DNA of 64,000 nucleotides from Batkoa obscura. Lineage: Eukaryota. Location: contig JASVEC010000025.1 in NCBI GenBank assembly GCA_030770535.1, positions 186,001 to 250,000 of the forward strand, written 5' to 3'. The translations under genes were made by a program, and so were the position numbers. Shown piece by piece: positions 13,201 to 27,300 of the stretch. The first letter of the stretch is position 1. Each line of letters opens with the position of its first letter. The notes beneath the pieces were generated by a model. The model was not told the origin of the DNA and made no database searches. It saw nothing but the letters and a program-made list of their open reading frames with translations.

Positions 13201-15339
13201 TTATAATTTAGCTTTAGTATTTTGAATACTAAATTCCCCTTTAAAATCTTTTTCATTATAAGTTTCCCAATCTTGTGCAATTGGTGAAAGAATTAATCCA
13301 TCGGGAATACCAAAACCTTCAACATAAGTCAACACTTGTTTAGATACAAGTTCCACTTGTTGATTTAAGAGACTAGATAATTGTCTAGCTTGATTTGGAT
13401 GAATAAACTCATGACTCATTAAATAAGTTAAATCCGATTCTAAAGTAGATAAGATGTAAACTTTACATAATTCTTTTAAGGCAAGTCTAAACAAATTAAA
13501 TTAATATTGATAACAATATAACATTAAAACATTTCAATTTTACCTAGTTTCTTTAGATACATTTTGATCTTCAATAGTACGAATAAATTCTAATAAACTA
13601 AAGTATTCCCCATAGGCTTTAGATAAATTTTGAATTAAATCTGATTCCTCTTTCATCCAAATTTGGAAGATATCTTTACCCTCTTTTCTCTTTTGTACAG
13701 TGATTTCACCAAGCTAATTAAAAAAATACATTAGTATTACTTTCATAACCCTTTTCTTATACTCAAATAACTTACTTGTTTAGCTCTATTAGCAAATCTT
13801 AAATTCATAAAATCGATCAAATCTTCCAATTTATCTACTTTCCAATTTTGTGGATTGGACTTATTATTAAACGGAGTAAATTGGAATTTCTTTTGTTTAA
13901 TATCTTCAATCAATTCCTTAGCCGTCTTTTGCATTAAAACCGCATTATCGCCTTCCGCAGTGATACCAGCATGAGAAAATCCAATAACGGATGCAAATGT
14001 AGAATGTTGTAAATAACCTTGACCACCACATCTTTCTCTACAAATAGAACCACAACGTTCTGCATTCCAAGTCACTAAAGGTTTAATAGCACAACATAGT
14101 CGTATGATTTCGGAATAAGGACGTCCTTCTGGTTTAACCCATACTTTTTTAGCATGATTTAAACCAAATTGTAATGCATATGTACGAGCTAATAATGGAA
14201 TTAAGGCTTTTTGCTGAAGTTGAAATTCAAGGATCGGGGTATCTGATTTTCCTGAACGACCAGCAGCCAAACGAGTAGCAGCATAACGTAATGCAATGGT
14301 TAAAGCTAATTTAGCACCCGAAGAATTCATAGAAGCAATACATAAACGACCAGTTAAAAGTTGATCGGCCACTTTAATAAATCGATTTCTACGACCAGCA
14401 ATTTCCGAAGTATAAGTACCATCAGCAGAAACATCGGAATATTTATTTAATAAATTAATTCTTGGTATACGAACGTGATCAAATTTTAATAAAGCATTAT
14501 CCACTCCATCTAAATCTAATTTATTACCCATTTCACGAATAGTTACTCCAGGACAAACTTCATTATTGGGACCATCTCTAATTTTGACAATAAAACAATG
14601 AATCCCTTCTTGCTTTCCTTTAACTTCAAGTTGAGCAAATACAATGGCATATTTGGCATGTTTAGCTCCATTAGTAATCCAGAATTTTTGACTTTTAGTG
14701 GAGGGACTATGAATTATAAATTCTTGTGTTTTTTCATCATAAACTGAGGTGGTTTCCATTTCAATAGCATTATTACCATATCCTAATTCAGTTAATGCAA
14801 AACATCCAGTCGCATCCATATTGTTTACTTCTTTTAATATATCAGCATGACGTTCAGTACCTAATTTTACTAAGGTACCACCAAACTAAAAAAAAAAGTT
14901 TGAATATTATAAAAGATAAAATAAAGTATAAAACTTACAAGATTATAATGAACGGTAAGTTTAGTAGTTGAAGAACCGTTAACTAAACCAGCGGTTTCAT
15001 GAACTAAAATCAAAAATCGATTAATTAAATCAATCATTTATCACAATTAGTTAACTTACTAGCTAATACATTCAATGGATTTTCAATAAAATCAGTCACT
15101 TTGATAAATTTATTTTTACCAATTGCTTTTAATTGTTCAAAAGCTTGTTCTTGTTTTTCATGTTGTAAGCAATTGAATTTAGGAGCAAATAAATGAATAT
15201 TTTCTTGCATAAAAGCTTTTAATCGTAATCGATTTTCACGGTTATCAAAATCTAAAATTTCATTGATTTCTTGAGCATTGAAGCCAGCAGCATCAAATCG
15301 TGGTCGATTGTTGATAAAAGCAGATGAGGATGGAGACAT
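13201..15339 (-). CDS. Peroxisomal acyl-CoA oxidase (multi-exon, PTS1 AKL)
   Basis: Motifs [35 protein letters not shown] and AEGDNAVL. Ends in AKL. Confidence 0.9.
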
Positions 15340-16837
15340 TTTTTTTGTAAATTTAAAAATTTAGATGTTTGGCTTTTAGAACCCCTTTTATACTTTTAAA
15401 TAGCTCTTTTTTTCACACCAACTTTTAAAACGTGACTGGAATTTATAGGTGGTTTTATTTGCCATAATATTTAATTGACGTGTTCTAAAAGGGTCAATTA
15501 ATCATATATTTTGAATTTTGAATTAAAATATATGAAGGTTTATTACTATATAATATAATAAAATTGATAATAAAAAATAATATTGTACTATTTATTATCA
15601 ATAATTGATAGTATAGTTTAACCTCAACTGTCTCATTAGCTTAAATTTTGTTTTTTGTATAAATAAAACTTCTTTTCAACCCCACTTTTTTGCCCAAAAT
15701 TTAGTTGAATTATGCTTTTGGAATTAAAATTCACATGAATTTCCATTCTTTTTTTTTTAAAAAAATCGAAATTCAAATAAACTTTAATTCTTGAATTCTT
15801 GAATATGTCAAGTAAAGACAATGATCTCTGACAGTAACAATTGGGCCATTTTAATAATTATAGTGCTATTTAGATCTCGTTTGATATTTAATCTTTACTC
15901 AAAAGATTAGCTAATGGTTTAGATCCTTATTAGAAACTTTTCAAATGTTTTTTGGTTTGAATTTTTTTGATTGATTTACTATTTTTTTTTTGAGAATTCA
16001 AACTTATCCGCTTATTTTTTAAAGAACTAATTTCAATGTTAATTACAGTCACACACTAAATCAATTGAGCTTTAATATCAAATAAATCAATAACATTCGA
16101 TATAAAGTTAGTTTTTATTAGTAAAATAATTTATTTGTTAAATAATATTAAATTCAACGATTTTTTTACGTAAACAAGTTATTTCACTACTTTGCTTTAA
16201 CATTTGAGTTACTTTTATTTTTTTAATCTGGTAAATCTCATTCAATTTTTATTGTCTAAACACTACAATGAGTAGCCAAATTTCTCTATTACTTAATTAC
16301 AATACAGATTTTTTAAAAATAAAGTTTTATAACATTGTTTTTTTATAAACCTTACTATCTTTTACATTGAAAAGAGAATTCTTAGCTACTTTTGAGTCAA
16401 TATACAGCTAAGTATGGAGGACACTTCAACTTTATATTGTAAACAATAGTTGCTGAAGCTTACTTAAAAACATAGCTATATAATTATTTTATTTTATCAA
16501 TGAATTTAATTTAATTTATCCTTATAAAAGTAAAGTTTAAACTTTGGTTAAAAGTCCTCTTCTTCTTGAACTTTTTAGACAACTCCTGTTATTTTTATTT
16601 ATTTATTTATTTTAATAAAAACTAAGCATCCTCAACATTGAATTGTTAAAAGTAATATTAAAATTTTAATTAAATTGAACCTATTTTTAGTCTAACTGAA
16701 AAATAAATGAAATCTTTATTTTAAAATTTGAAAACACTAAATGAAATAAAATAACATTATAAAATTTACAATATCTAAAAAATTGAATTCTTTTTTGATG
16801 AATCCTCAATTGTATTAAGTATTAAGTTTATTTTACT

Positions 16838-16943
16838 ATATGGGGATGTATTTTTTGTTTAAGAATTTTACTAACAATCTTTCCACTCAAATAGTGCTTA
16901 AAAAACAGAAAAAATAATGAAACCAAGAAAAACACCCTCATAT
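16838..16943 (-). mobile_element. MITE family copy
   Basis: ATATGGGGATGTATT...AAACACCCTCATAT. Confidence 0.8.
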
Positions 16944-17360
16944 ATTAAAAATAATTATGAAATAAACGCTAGTCAAACCCAAATAGCTTTTTATTTAAAA
17001 ATAATGATATTAAAACAATGATATAATAAACTGCTATTGACTGTGATATAATTCAAATATTAAAATTAATTACGAAAAAGTAAGTAAAGTAATTGAGACT
17101 AAAAAACTATAATTTATCTAATAAAAAAACTTCCCTTTAAAAACAGTAACGATAAATTAAAATATCAAAATTTTACGTTACAGTTTAAAATGGCGCTTTT
17201 ACTAAAAAAAAGTTTAAAAAAGTAGTCAATTTCGATCTACATCTAACTGTTAAATTTCCGAAATTTTAAAAAAAAACTCAAAGTAAACCAATTCATAGAC
17301 CTATCCTTTATCTTTCTTGTAAATAATCTTTATTTCTTATTTATTCATACTTTAATTAAT

Positions 17361-18640
17361 ATGTTAAAATACTATTTCTTAATTCCAATATTCCTATTAG
17401 CCACTTCCGCTCATATGGAAATGCGTTTGCCCCCGCCTAGAAGATCCAAATACAACAGTGATTATCAAGCATTAGGAGATATTGATAATGATATGCCTGC
17501 ACCTTTGGGCGATGATGTAAATTTAATTATTATTTATGTCTACAAAGTTAATAACCTTTCATTTAGTTCCCATTCCCATGTCGAGCCACAAAGCCCGGTC
17601 CAGTATATAAAAAATACAAAGCAGGTGAAATGATGGACATCACTTTAGGAGGTAATGCCCCTCACAATGGAGGACATTGTCAATTTGCTCTAAGTTATGA
17701 TGGAGGAGAAAAATGGGTAGTTATACATACTATAGTAAGGAATTGTATGCCCTCAAAAACAGGGCCAATAGAATTTAAGTATCAAGTTCAATTACCACCT
17801 GAAGCACCACCCAGTGATAGCGTAGTATTTTCTTGGAATTGGATCAATGCTAGTGGTGAAAGAGAATTTTATCAAAATTGTATTGATATAGCGATTGAAG
17901 GGGATCCCAGTAGTAAAGGAGTAAAAGGCAAAGAACTATTAGTGGTTAATTTACCTGGCTTTCCTACCATTGAAGAATTTGGTCGTCCTGGTTCTTATGA
18001 TGGCCATAAATTGCTGGATTCTAGAAAAAATATTACAATGGCTAAAGATGGTACTATTGCCCCTACTATAGAAGATAGTAAGCCCCCTCCACCTCCACCA
18101 GCTGCTGCCTCCACTACTCAAGCTCCCCCATCTCCTCCTACAACTGCTGCTTCTTCAAAACCTCCTGCTGTGTCCGTTTCAATTATTACAGTTACTACTA
18201 CTATTGTTGTTACTGTTAATGCTAAAGCCACACCAACGGCAGGTTATGGAATGGATATGTTTAATCAACAAGATGAAAGTCTAAGTAAACCAGTGCAGCA
18301 AATTATTAGAAATGAAGTGAGTGAAGAATCGATCCCAATTTTTAATCAAAAGCAAGAGGGAATCAATAATAATATGGACATTATGAGCCATAACAATAAT
18401 GTGAATGATAATATGAATATGAATAATAGCATAAATGAGAATAACAGTAATAAAATGAATAGTAATAGCAATAGTAAAAATAATGGAATATTAATAATGA
18501 GTCCAGAAACCGAATTAAAAAAACAAGTAGAAAAAGAACTAAGTAAAAAGGAAGGAAGTGGGCTAGTTCGATTAAATAATAGTGTACTAAAAGGTAGTAT
18601 CAAGAATTCGACTTGGTATGATAATTTTACGCAAATTTAA
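17361..18640 (+). CDS. Secreted AA11-like lytic polysaccharide monooxygenase / chitin-active protein (2 exons)
   Basis: Signal peptide followed by His1 (ATSA|HMEM). APHNGGHCQFALSYD, WNWIN..G.REFYQNCIDI, then a Pro/Thr-rich linker. Intron at ~17517-17567. Confidence 0.75.
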
Positions 18641-18761
18641 ATAACTTTCATTAATAGCAACTTTTATTCATCAAATTAAATCAACTTTTTTTTATAAAAA
18701 TTAATTTCTTAAATTTAAATTTTTTAACTTTTTTAAATTTTATTATTTTTTAATATAAGTA

Positions 18762-19623
18762 ATGTTTCTCCTCTCCCGTCTAAAAGATACCATACAAATA
18801 GAACCTGTCAATTTAAATATTGATTTTAGTCTAGCTTTGATCAATGAAATTAATAAAAAATACTGCAACCGAGTAAATTTAATCTATGATCACATAATCT
18901 CAGTCAACTAAATAAACTTCAAATTCAAGGTGATCCACAACGTCGGTCTTTGTATCACAGTTTTTGATGTTATAGAACAACAGGATGCTTATTTATATCA
19001 TAGTGATGGTTGCTCTTATGTTAAAGGTAAGTGAATAGATTCTACTTTTTAATATAATGAATTAATTAAACAAAAGAAAATTAAAGTTGAATTCCGAATG
19101 ATAGTATTCCGTCCTTTTATTGGGGAAGTAATCACTGGTAAAGTGAAGTCTATGTCAGATAAGGGTATAAAAAGTAGCAAATTTATTATTTTTATTTTAT
19201 ATTTAGTTTAATTGAATTTAATAGTAAGTCTTGGTTTCTTTGATGATATAGAAATTTTACCAAACTTATTACATGAAGGAACGAAATTGTAAGATTTTTA
19301 AATAGAATAAGCCTTAAATCAATCAGCCTAACTTTACCATTTTATAGCCACACAGATACCCAAGTGTATATATGGTGTAATGAACATGGAAATTATGAGT
19401 GGGAGAAAGGGGAAGAAGTCAAGGTTAAAGTGGAAAAAGAAATCTTTTTTGACGCTAAAAGTACGCCCAATCAACAGGAAAGTTTGGATGAATTTGTTAA
19501 ATCTTCACCGTATCAGTTGGTGGTAAGTTGTTTATTTTTTCAAAAATGTTCTAGGTTTAAATTGAATCCTTTTTTTAGTGCTCCGCTTTTGAAAGCGGCT
19601 ATGGGCTCACTAGTTGGTGGTAA
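18762..19623 (+). CDS. RPC25: RNA polymerase III subunit RPC25/RPC8 (multi-exon)
   Basis: MFLLSRLKDTIQIEP, INKKYCNRVIHNVGLCI, VFRPFIGEVITGK, SLGFFDDI; ends GYGLTSWW*. Confidence 0.88.
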
Positions 19624-21165
19624 ATTGATATTCAATATAGAATGATGTTGTTACTATAGAAGCTTATTCTTTTGACGCTGTAAAGACTTTTAATGAGCAT
19701 TTTTTTAGCTTTTATTCCAGGATTGAGTTTTATTCAAATAAAAATGTATTATTCTGCTATAAAGTTATTGTTTTTAAACTATGTTTATTAAATAAAGACA
19801 AATAATATTTGCTAATAATAATGAATATGACTGTTATAAGGTCTCGAAAAGATAAATATGTAAATCCTTTTCCTTTTATGTTTTGATCCTAATTTAACAT
19901 AATTGGCTTTTATAAATATACTAGCTTTTATAACTTTATAACTCTATAATAGTTAACTTTACAAATAAACATTTGTTTTTATTAGATGAATATGAATTCA
20001 TAAATTTTTTGCAATAATTTTTAATAAAACTAAAGTTGTTTTTAAGCTAGATTTTTGATACTTTAAGCTCAAAATTAGGCAATTTTGTCAATAGGTATTA
20101 ATAAATTGATACTATCAGAAATTAAAATAAACAGCTAAAAAATAAATTTGACACTTATTTAATAACAAAGAAAAATTGAGAAGGCTTAATTATTTTAATA
20201 AAACATACCTTCTGACAAACCTAATTTTATTTCAAATAAACTTAATTTTGTATATTATCATCTTATTATATATATTTTTGATATTAACATTATTATCATA
20301 AAACAAGTTAGTATAATAAAGTACATTTCAAATGGTATAGCTCTTTAAGTGGATCAATTAGAATCTAATATCTTCTATAGCAATACTAGTAACATCAATG
20401 AAAGTTGCTTTTACTTTTAATCAAACAATCCAATTAATTTATTTGCTTAGAACGTTCTTTAAAAAACCCATAACTATTAAAATTATAAAATATTTTGTTA
20501 ATTAAAAAAAACTAAAAACTAAATTTTTAGTTAGAGATGGCAAGGTCAGAGTAGTGAAAGGAGTAGTCAAGGTGTTATCCCATGTTGAGTCGTACCCTTA
20601 AGGGTATTAAAGTGGCGCTTTTGTTATGAAACTGAAGTGAAATAGTAAATCTCAAGTCTGATCGTATAGTAGCTTTTGCTAAAAAAATAAAAAGTATTTT
20701 AATCATTTAATTACTGTAGGTAAATTATACTTGATTAATTTTGTAGAGGGAAGTATAAATTAATGAATATGTGTTATTAAATTTGAACTGAGTAACTAAA
20801 AATGATGCTTTAATAATCCATTTTGGATTGAAAATTCCAATTCATTTGAATAGGAATTATGTCGAAATGTTTGGTACTCAAAAGATTAATAGGATTTAGA
20901 TATTCAATTTGTCCAATTTTAAGTTAAATAGTTAGATGGAATAGAGTTAGATTAGTTAAATTGAAGAGTTAAATGAAATACAATACAAATTATAAGTTTG
21001 GCTTAAGATGAAAGTTTAATATAATATGTTGAGGATTTCTTATTATTGTGATTGTTGGAGCGAAATTCAATATTTAATGAAGATGCCCAAGTATTCATTA
21101 TTTAATAGTAAGATTTGGAAAAAGTCATAATAAATTATCATAATTAATCAAATAATTATCTTATA

Positions 21166-21199
21166 ATATGGTGATGTATTTTTGTGTTTAAGAGTTTTA
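21166..21199 (-). mobile_element. Truncated MITE family end
   Basis: ATATGGTGATGTATTTTTGTGTTTAAGAG matches one terminus only. Confidence 0.5.
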
Positions 21200-21322
21200 A
21201 TGAATTCAAAGTTTGTATTTATTAAAATTTGATATCCTACCCCTAGTATTAATTAAAAATTAAAAATTACTATTTAATATAAAAAATATTTAAAAAGCTC
21301 TAGTTTATTAATTTAGCAAATT

Positions 21323-24300
21323 TTAACTAAGCATATCTTCTCTATCAACCACGTTATTATTCATATTACTTCCATCTTCCAATTGTGAAAAGTTCAAGTA
21401 ATGGGCAGGTCTATGACGTTCGTCATAAAATGGTAAAGGTACTTCTAAACTAAGATGGTATTCCTTATCAGGCTGATGAGAAGCACCTTGGAAATTATAA
21501 TTCCAAATTGAATCAACAGGTGAAAGGAAAAATCCGAAAAACTTGTCTGAAAGTAACATTTGAATACGTTCATAATGGGTTGGTAAGTATCCTGCTGGGT
21601 TAGTACCACTTAAATCTTTGTTGGATGCTCCCCACTCATTACCTGATGGTGTTACTTTGTAACAAGTGAGTGAACAAGAACCTGGTGTAAATGCACAGGT
21701 AATAATTACTGCGGTATCGATATCCCAACCTGGATAAGAACCAAGTAATTTAGCATGTGTAGTAACGTCTTGTGGCGAAAGATGGGGTAACTCATTTGGT
21801 AGAGTATGAATCCAACCTAAAGGTTCAAGGTCATTCAACTGTTCATGTTCTGGTGGATTATTTGGAAGATGCACCATTTGATGGGTGCCCCATTGAGGTA
21901 CCATAACAATGGAACGGATCTCTTTAACTTGTGGATTATCTTTCGGCGAAACACCATACAAAAACCCTGAAATTTGAGTTCGAAGATCAGAAATTATAAT
22001 AAAACGCTTGAGTAAATTTTTAGGCAACACATAAGTATACCCTGAATCCTTTAGATCATCACTAGCAACAAAGATGTGTTGGGTTCTTAATTGGAGATTG
22101 GTGGATGAAATAGCTCTTACTCTCCAATCTGTTTTAGAAGAAAAGGTTTGAGTTTCATACCCAGTTGTGGTGGTAGTAATAATTTCATCTCCATGAATAT
22201 TGTGGGTTTTAGTGGTTACTGCCGTCAGTTGACTTTGCTCTTTAGCTTGTTTTTCGATTTCAGCGATTTGTTGACGTTGAAGCGAAGGGGCTGAAATTTC
22301 CATACCAAGGATAATATCACGGATTTCAGGTTGAGTCAAAGAAGCAACGTTAACATTATTCTTTTTACCATAATCTGCAAGGATAAGATCCTTTAATGCA
22401 ACTTCCACCTTAATCCATTCATCATCTGGTAAAGTAGGCCAGATATGATGTGGTTCAGTGATTGTATTCTTATCGGGACGAAGGATCATTTTAGTCTTAT
22501 CGTTATTCACATGAAGTGCTCTTAAAATCAAAATCAAGCGGAAGAAAGCAGTATATGAAGAAATTGTCTTTAGGAAATCATCATAAAGATTAAACAGGCA
22601 CATCATTGGCTCATTCGCTTTAAGAATAAGATCGCCAAACTTCTCTACTTTGAGACAAGCTTGGAAAGGTAATTGTAACTCAGAACCTTTGATCACAATA
22701 TTAGGGAAATCTAAAAGATGGACCTCAAGTGGGTCTAACATACCCTTACGAGTAACAATGATCTGTCTTGGTTGTTCTTCCACTGGAAGTGAACGAATAA
22801 GAGCAGCTACTTCTTCAGCAGTCTTCCACTTGGCTAACTGACCAAGACGTTTTTGTCCAGCCCATACCGAAGTGTGAATAATCTTAAGGAAGAGTTGACC
22901 AGTACGTGGATTGAAGATAAAGATAGCACCATTGATAGGTTTTGTGGTTAAATTACCTTCAAATGTCTTGTGGATGGTAACACGATAAACATTAGTATCA
23001 TCCACAAACCAAATGATTTGGTTTGAGAACAATTCACCGTAATTTGTTGAGTTAAGGTATGGTTCGGTTGGTTCAGATGAATACAATTGCACACCTTTAC
23101 GAATACGTTCACGGAGCACATAGAGAGCAGGATTAGCTTTAATAATCTTACCCATGGCTTGTTGTGTAAGTGGCTTAAGACCAGGGAACCAATTACCATA
23201 AGCAGAATAAAGATTGTAAGCAAGATCAACACCAATCATCATACCAGTAGGTGAAGGATAGATACTCATATTATCTGTAGTATAATCTAAGAACTTAGCA
23301 CGAGTGTAACGTTCAACATCATGAGAGTCAAAGTCACCCCAACGCAACTGAATATCAATCCAGAATTTTTGAATGGTACCATTATCCATTGAATCCTTAT
23401 TATCATTCAAAAGGGAAGGTCTGGATACACCCCATTTATAACTAGCAAACAAGAGGATATCCGCACATGAACTGTTCATTTTATAACTTTTACGTGGATG
23501 GATCGTTTCTTTTTGTACTGACTCAATTTGCAAGGCTTCGGATTCTTGATCAAACACTTGTACCATATCCATCACTAATGCTTCATGAATTTTTTGCCAT
23601 AAATGTGCACGGAAAATTTGGATCAAGGAAATTTTAAGTGTTGGGATTTTACCATGCATAAAGATACCTGTTAAATCAAGTTGTACTTGGAAACCAACGT
23701 ATACATTTGAGTTATGGACAACGGCATTATTACCAAGTAAAAAGAGTTTGTCGGAATTCTCGTCTAAAGTTATACCACAATATTGGCCTGGACTTCCAGC
23801 CGTTTTAATAACATTAAATTTATATCCAACTGGTAAATATTGAACAACGACTGGGGCCTCTCTGCGTTTGCGATCAATTGACGAGAGACTGAGTACTTTG
23901 GTTAAAGCACTGCAAGGCACAAACGTTACACAGGACTCGAAGCCATTGTCAATTTCACGATTTGACACAGAATATTTGATACCAAGGGAGCGAGCTAGAG
24001 CCAAGGCACCAGTAACAATATTTTGGTGTGCTGAAGTAAATACTACTTTTTGGTATTTTTCTTTGGCTTCTTTGAAATCGTTGTATCGAGTCAACTCCAT
24101 CTTATTTTCAAGCTCTTTATCTTCTGGATTTGCATCAACAACTTCACCATTTGAATCAATTAAACCAGCCAAGAGATTCTCACGGACAGATATAGATTCA
24201 GTAAAAAACCATGTTGGTACAACCTTGGGTTGAGCTCTTTCCATGTTGAGTTGGCACATTAAATTCCATATTTTATTCGTTTTAATTCCTTTGTTAACAT

Positions 24301-27300
24301 TTACTTCTTCAGATACTAATTCTTCAACATTTGATGCTTCAACTCCGATATTATGATATATTACTCTAACACGTTTCATTTGGCTTATATGGTCCTTGTT
24401 ATCAGCATTCTTTTTTGCTGCTCTATCGCCGGTAATCCACAAACCAACAAGCCAGGCAGCATTGTTTACTTCGCTAGCAGGCAAACCTTCTTTTCTACAC
24501 ATTTCTTCAAATTTATTATTTCCGACCAATACTGGTGCTACAAGTTGGTAAGTTAATTGACGGATATTTTCATCCACAAATGAGTATAATTGTGTCTCAA
24601 GTTCCCAAGTAATGGTTGATTTACTCGAGTTGATTAAATTGTCTCTAAATCCTTTTGCAGCTTCAAATGCGTTTGCTTCAGAGTTCTCATAATCTGATAC
24701 ATGAAACGATTTTTTGGTCCAAGTAACCATCTGAATTTCCTCACTGTTAAATTCTTCTGTTCTAAGTGAAGTATAGTTAATATAGAAGGATTCACCAGTT
24801 TGTTCATCTTTAGTTACTTCACCAACAGTCATATGGGTAGTTAAATGTAATAAATGTCTAGAATTACTGGTATACTTAATAAGATCTAATCCCTCTTGAT
24901 TACTTGACTTTTCTTGGCCATGATGTACTTCGCAAACCTCATACATGGTATCTTCGCCTGAGTGAACCCCAGTTACCTTTCTTGGCTTTGAATCCATACC
25001 TAGCACACTGTCTCCAATTTTAATGTCTTTAATAGCACGAATAGAGCCATCAGCCATGTATACAGGAGTAGAAGGAGCAAAACATCTATTAATCGTAGGT
25101 GACCACCAAAGGGTGAAGCGACGATTGGGAATTTGATTCAAACCAGATCTCTGTGCATTTGTAAGCTTCTTGTATTTCATACTTTCTTCGAATCCAGAGT
25201 TATGCACTACCATACTATCTGATCTTAAGAATCTTTGGTTACCGTCAACTAAGAAACCATAGTATTCTTGAGGTTCAGTCATTTTAATTGAAACAATTGG
25301 AACAAAGAATTCTTTGATGGCTACTGCATTGGTATCTGAATTGATACTGTTTTTAAGATTCTCATCAATATATAAAGCTGGATCAGCTTCAACCTTTTTA
25401 AAGTCTGTCTCATTAATATAAACAAACTTTTCGCTTTGATTAACAGCAACTTTATAAAGAGACCAAATAGGTTGAACATGTTGAGGCAACGAAAGTAAAT
25501 CCCTTACAGTTGCTTCAATCTGGTAAGTTTTAACTGTAGCAGAAGTTGTTTCTAAATGTTTCAAGAAATTGGCACCTGCATCACCTGCTTCTTTTTTAGT
25601 TTGAAGTTCTTTTTCTCCAACCTTGAAGCTCATAGAGCAGTATCCACTATTGTACCAATAGACAGTATAAGAAGATGAATCTTCGCTCCAGGACATAACC
25701 GCCTTATTTGAAGAGACTAAACATAAAATATGGTTACCAGTAACAGTTAAAGCTTCACCAACATGAGGTAAAATCTCATACAATGGTGCAACACCTTGAA
25801 CAACTTCCTTAATATTACGCGGTAATTGATCATCGCCCATTAGTTTATCATTCACACTAACATCTTTAGCTAATTTTATAGATCCATCTTGGAGCATAAG
25901 TGGGGTAGCACCAGAGAAACAAGCTTTTTCCCAAAACAGACCTTCCCAAGTAGGGAAGTAAGTACCTTTAAACAATGTGTGTTCTAAAATACCTTCAACA
26001 CCGCCCAAGGCTTGAATCATATCGGTACGATAATTATTTAAGTTCCAAAGTTTACCATCGTGGCGTTGATGGGTCCACCAGAATGGATTATTTTTAAGTA
26101 TCTGATACTGTTTGAAATCAGTACGAACACGCCATCCTTTATCATAGGCAAGAGTATGTCGATCCTTTTGGAATAAGGTATTGATTCTAGGGATACCTCG
26201 ATCCCAACTATCTTCCAAATCTTCAAGAGTAAGTCGACGATTTTGTGCTGTAGCTTCTTGACGTTTCAAAGCATATTCTGCCCATACACGTTGCGAATCA
26301 ATAAACTCAGATTCCCAAGGTTGGAGATAACGGAATAAATTAGGAATCAAGGTATCTTCATCATGGGACATACCAGATCTAAAATGAGTGATACCAGTTT
26401 CAGTTTGACGTGACCATCTAAGGTCGGATTGTGGGATAAGTACATGGCCCATAGACAACATCCCCAAACCACCCAATTCCTTTGGACAATTGTGACCAAT
26501 TAAAAAGTCACCATGGCAGAATAATTGTGATTGTCCTTTTTCTACTTGAAAACCGTAATAGTCATCAACTGCTTCAGCTTGGCTGGAGATGTCAAAGATA
26601 TGACAATTGACTTTTGAAGTGGTCGACTTCATATTTGCAAATTTAACAAATTTACAAGACAACGCATCCAAATCGCCATTTAAATATACTTTTCCTACAT
26701 ACTCGGTAGAATCCTTGCCTTTGGTCTTTGTAGCAATAGTAGATAAACCAAGGGATCGACCCAATTCATAGACTAATTTTAATATGGGCTCATTTAAATC
26801 AAGGTTTTTAATGAAAACATACCCATCATCTTGAACTTGACCACTTGAATCAATTAAACCTGCAAGTAAAGCACGACGAACATAGCCAGGCTCTTGGACA
26901 AAACGTTCAATTTCACTGTAATCATTAATTGTACTGTGGTCTATACACATCTTCGTTAATAAAGCCTTAAATATTTCGACATCGATGTTCTTATTGGTTG
27001 AAATGGTTGATTTTGTAAATCTAGGGCTACCAAGGTGTGCTCCGATTGCCCAAGCATAATCTTCAGCAGAATCCTTATTAAGCTTGTTTTTAAAGCTATG
27101 GCAAGAATGTAATAAACTTGGTATGCTTCTATTTTTGCTTCCAATCGGCCATTCTTCGATTGAAGTACTATATCTCATCATACATGGTAAAACTTTGATT
27201 CCTGCTTTTATCATTTGTGATCTATATTTATTGTATTCATTTACGCTTACAATCCATTCATTAGAATCTGACAAACCTTCAACGGCATTCATAATCACTT

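Noticed and set aside
20538..20668. RNase P/MRP RNA (CR-I-like GGCAAGGTCAGAG)
   Set aside because: The putative CR-V does not match the consensus and the spacing of about 100 nt is too short.
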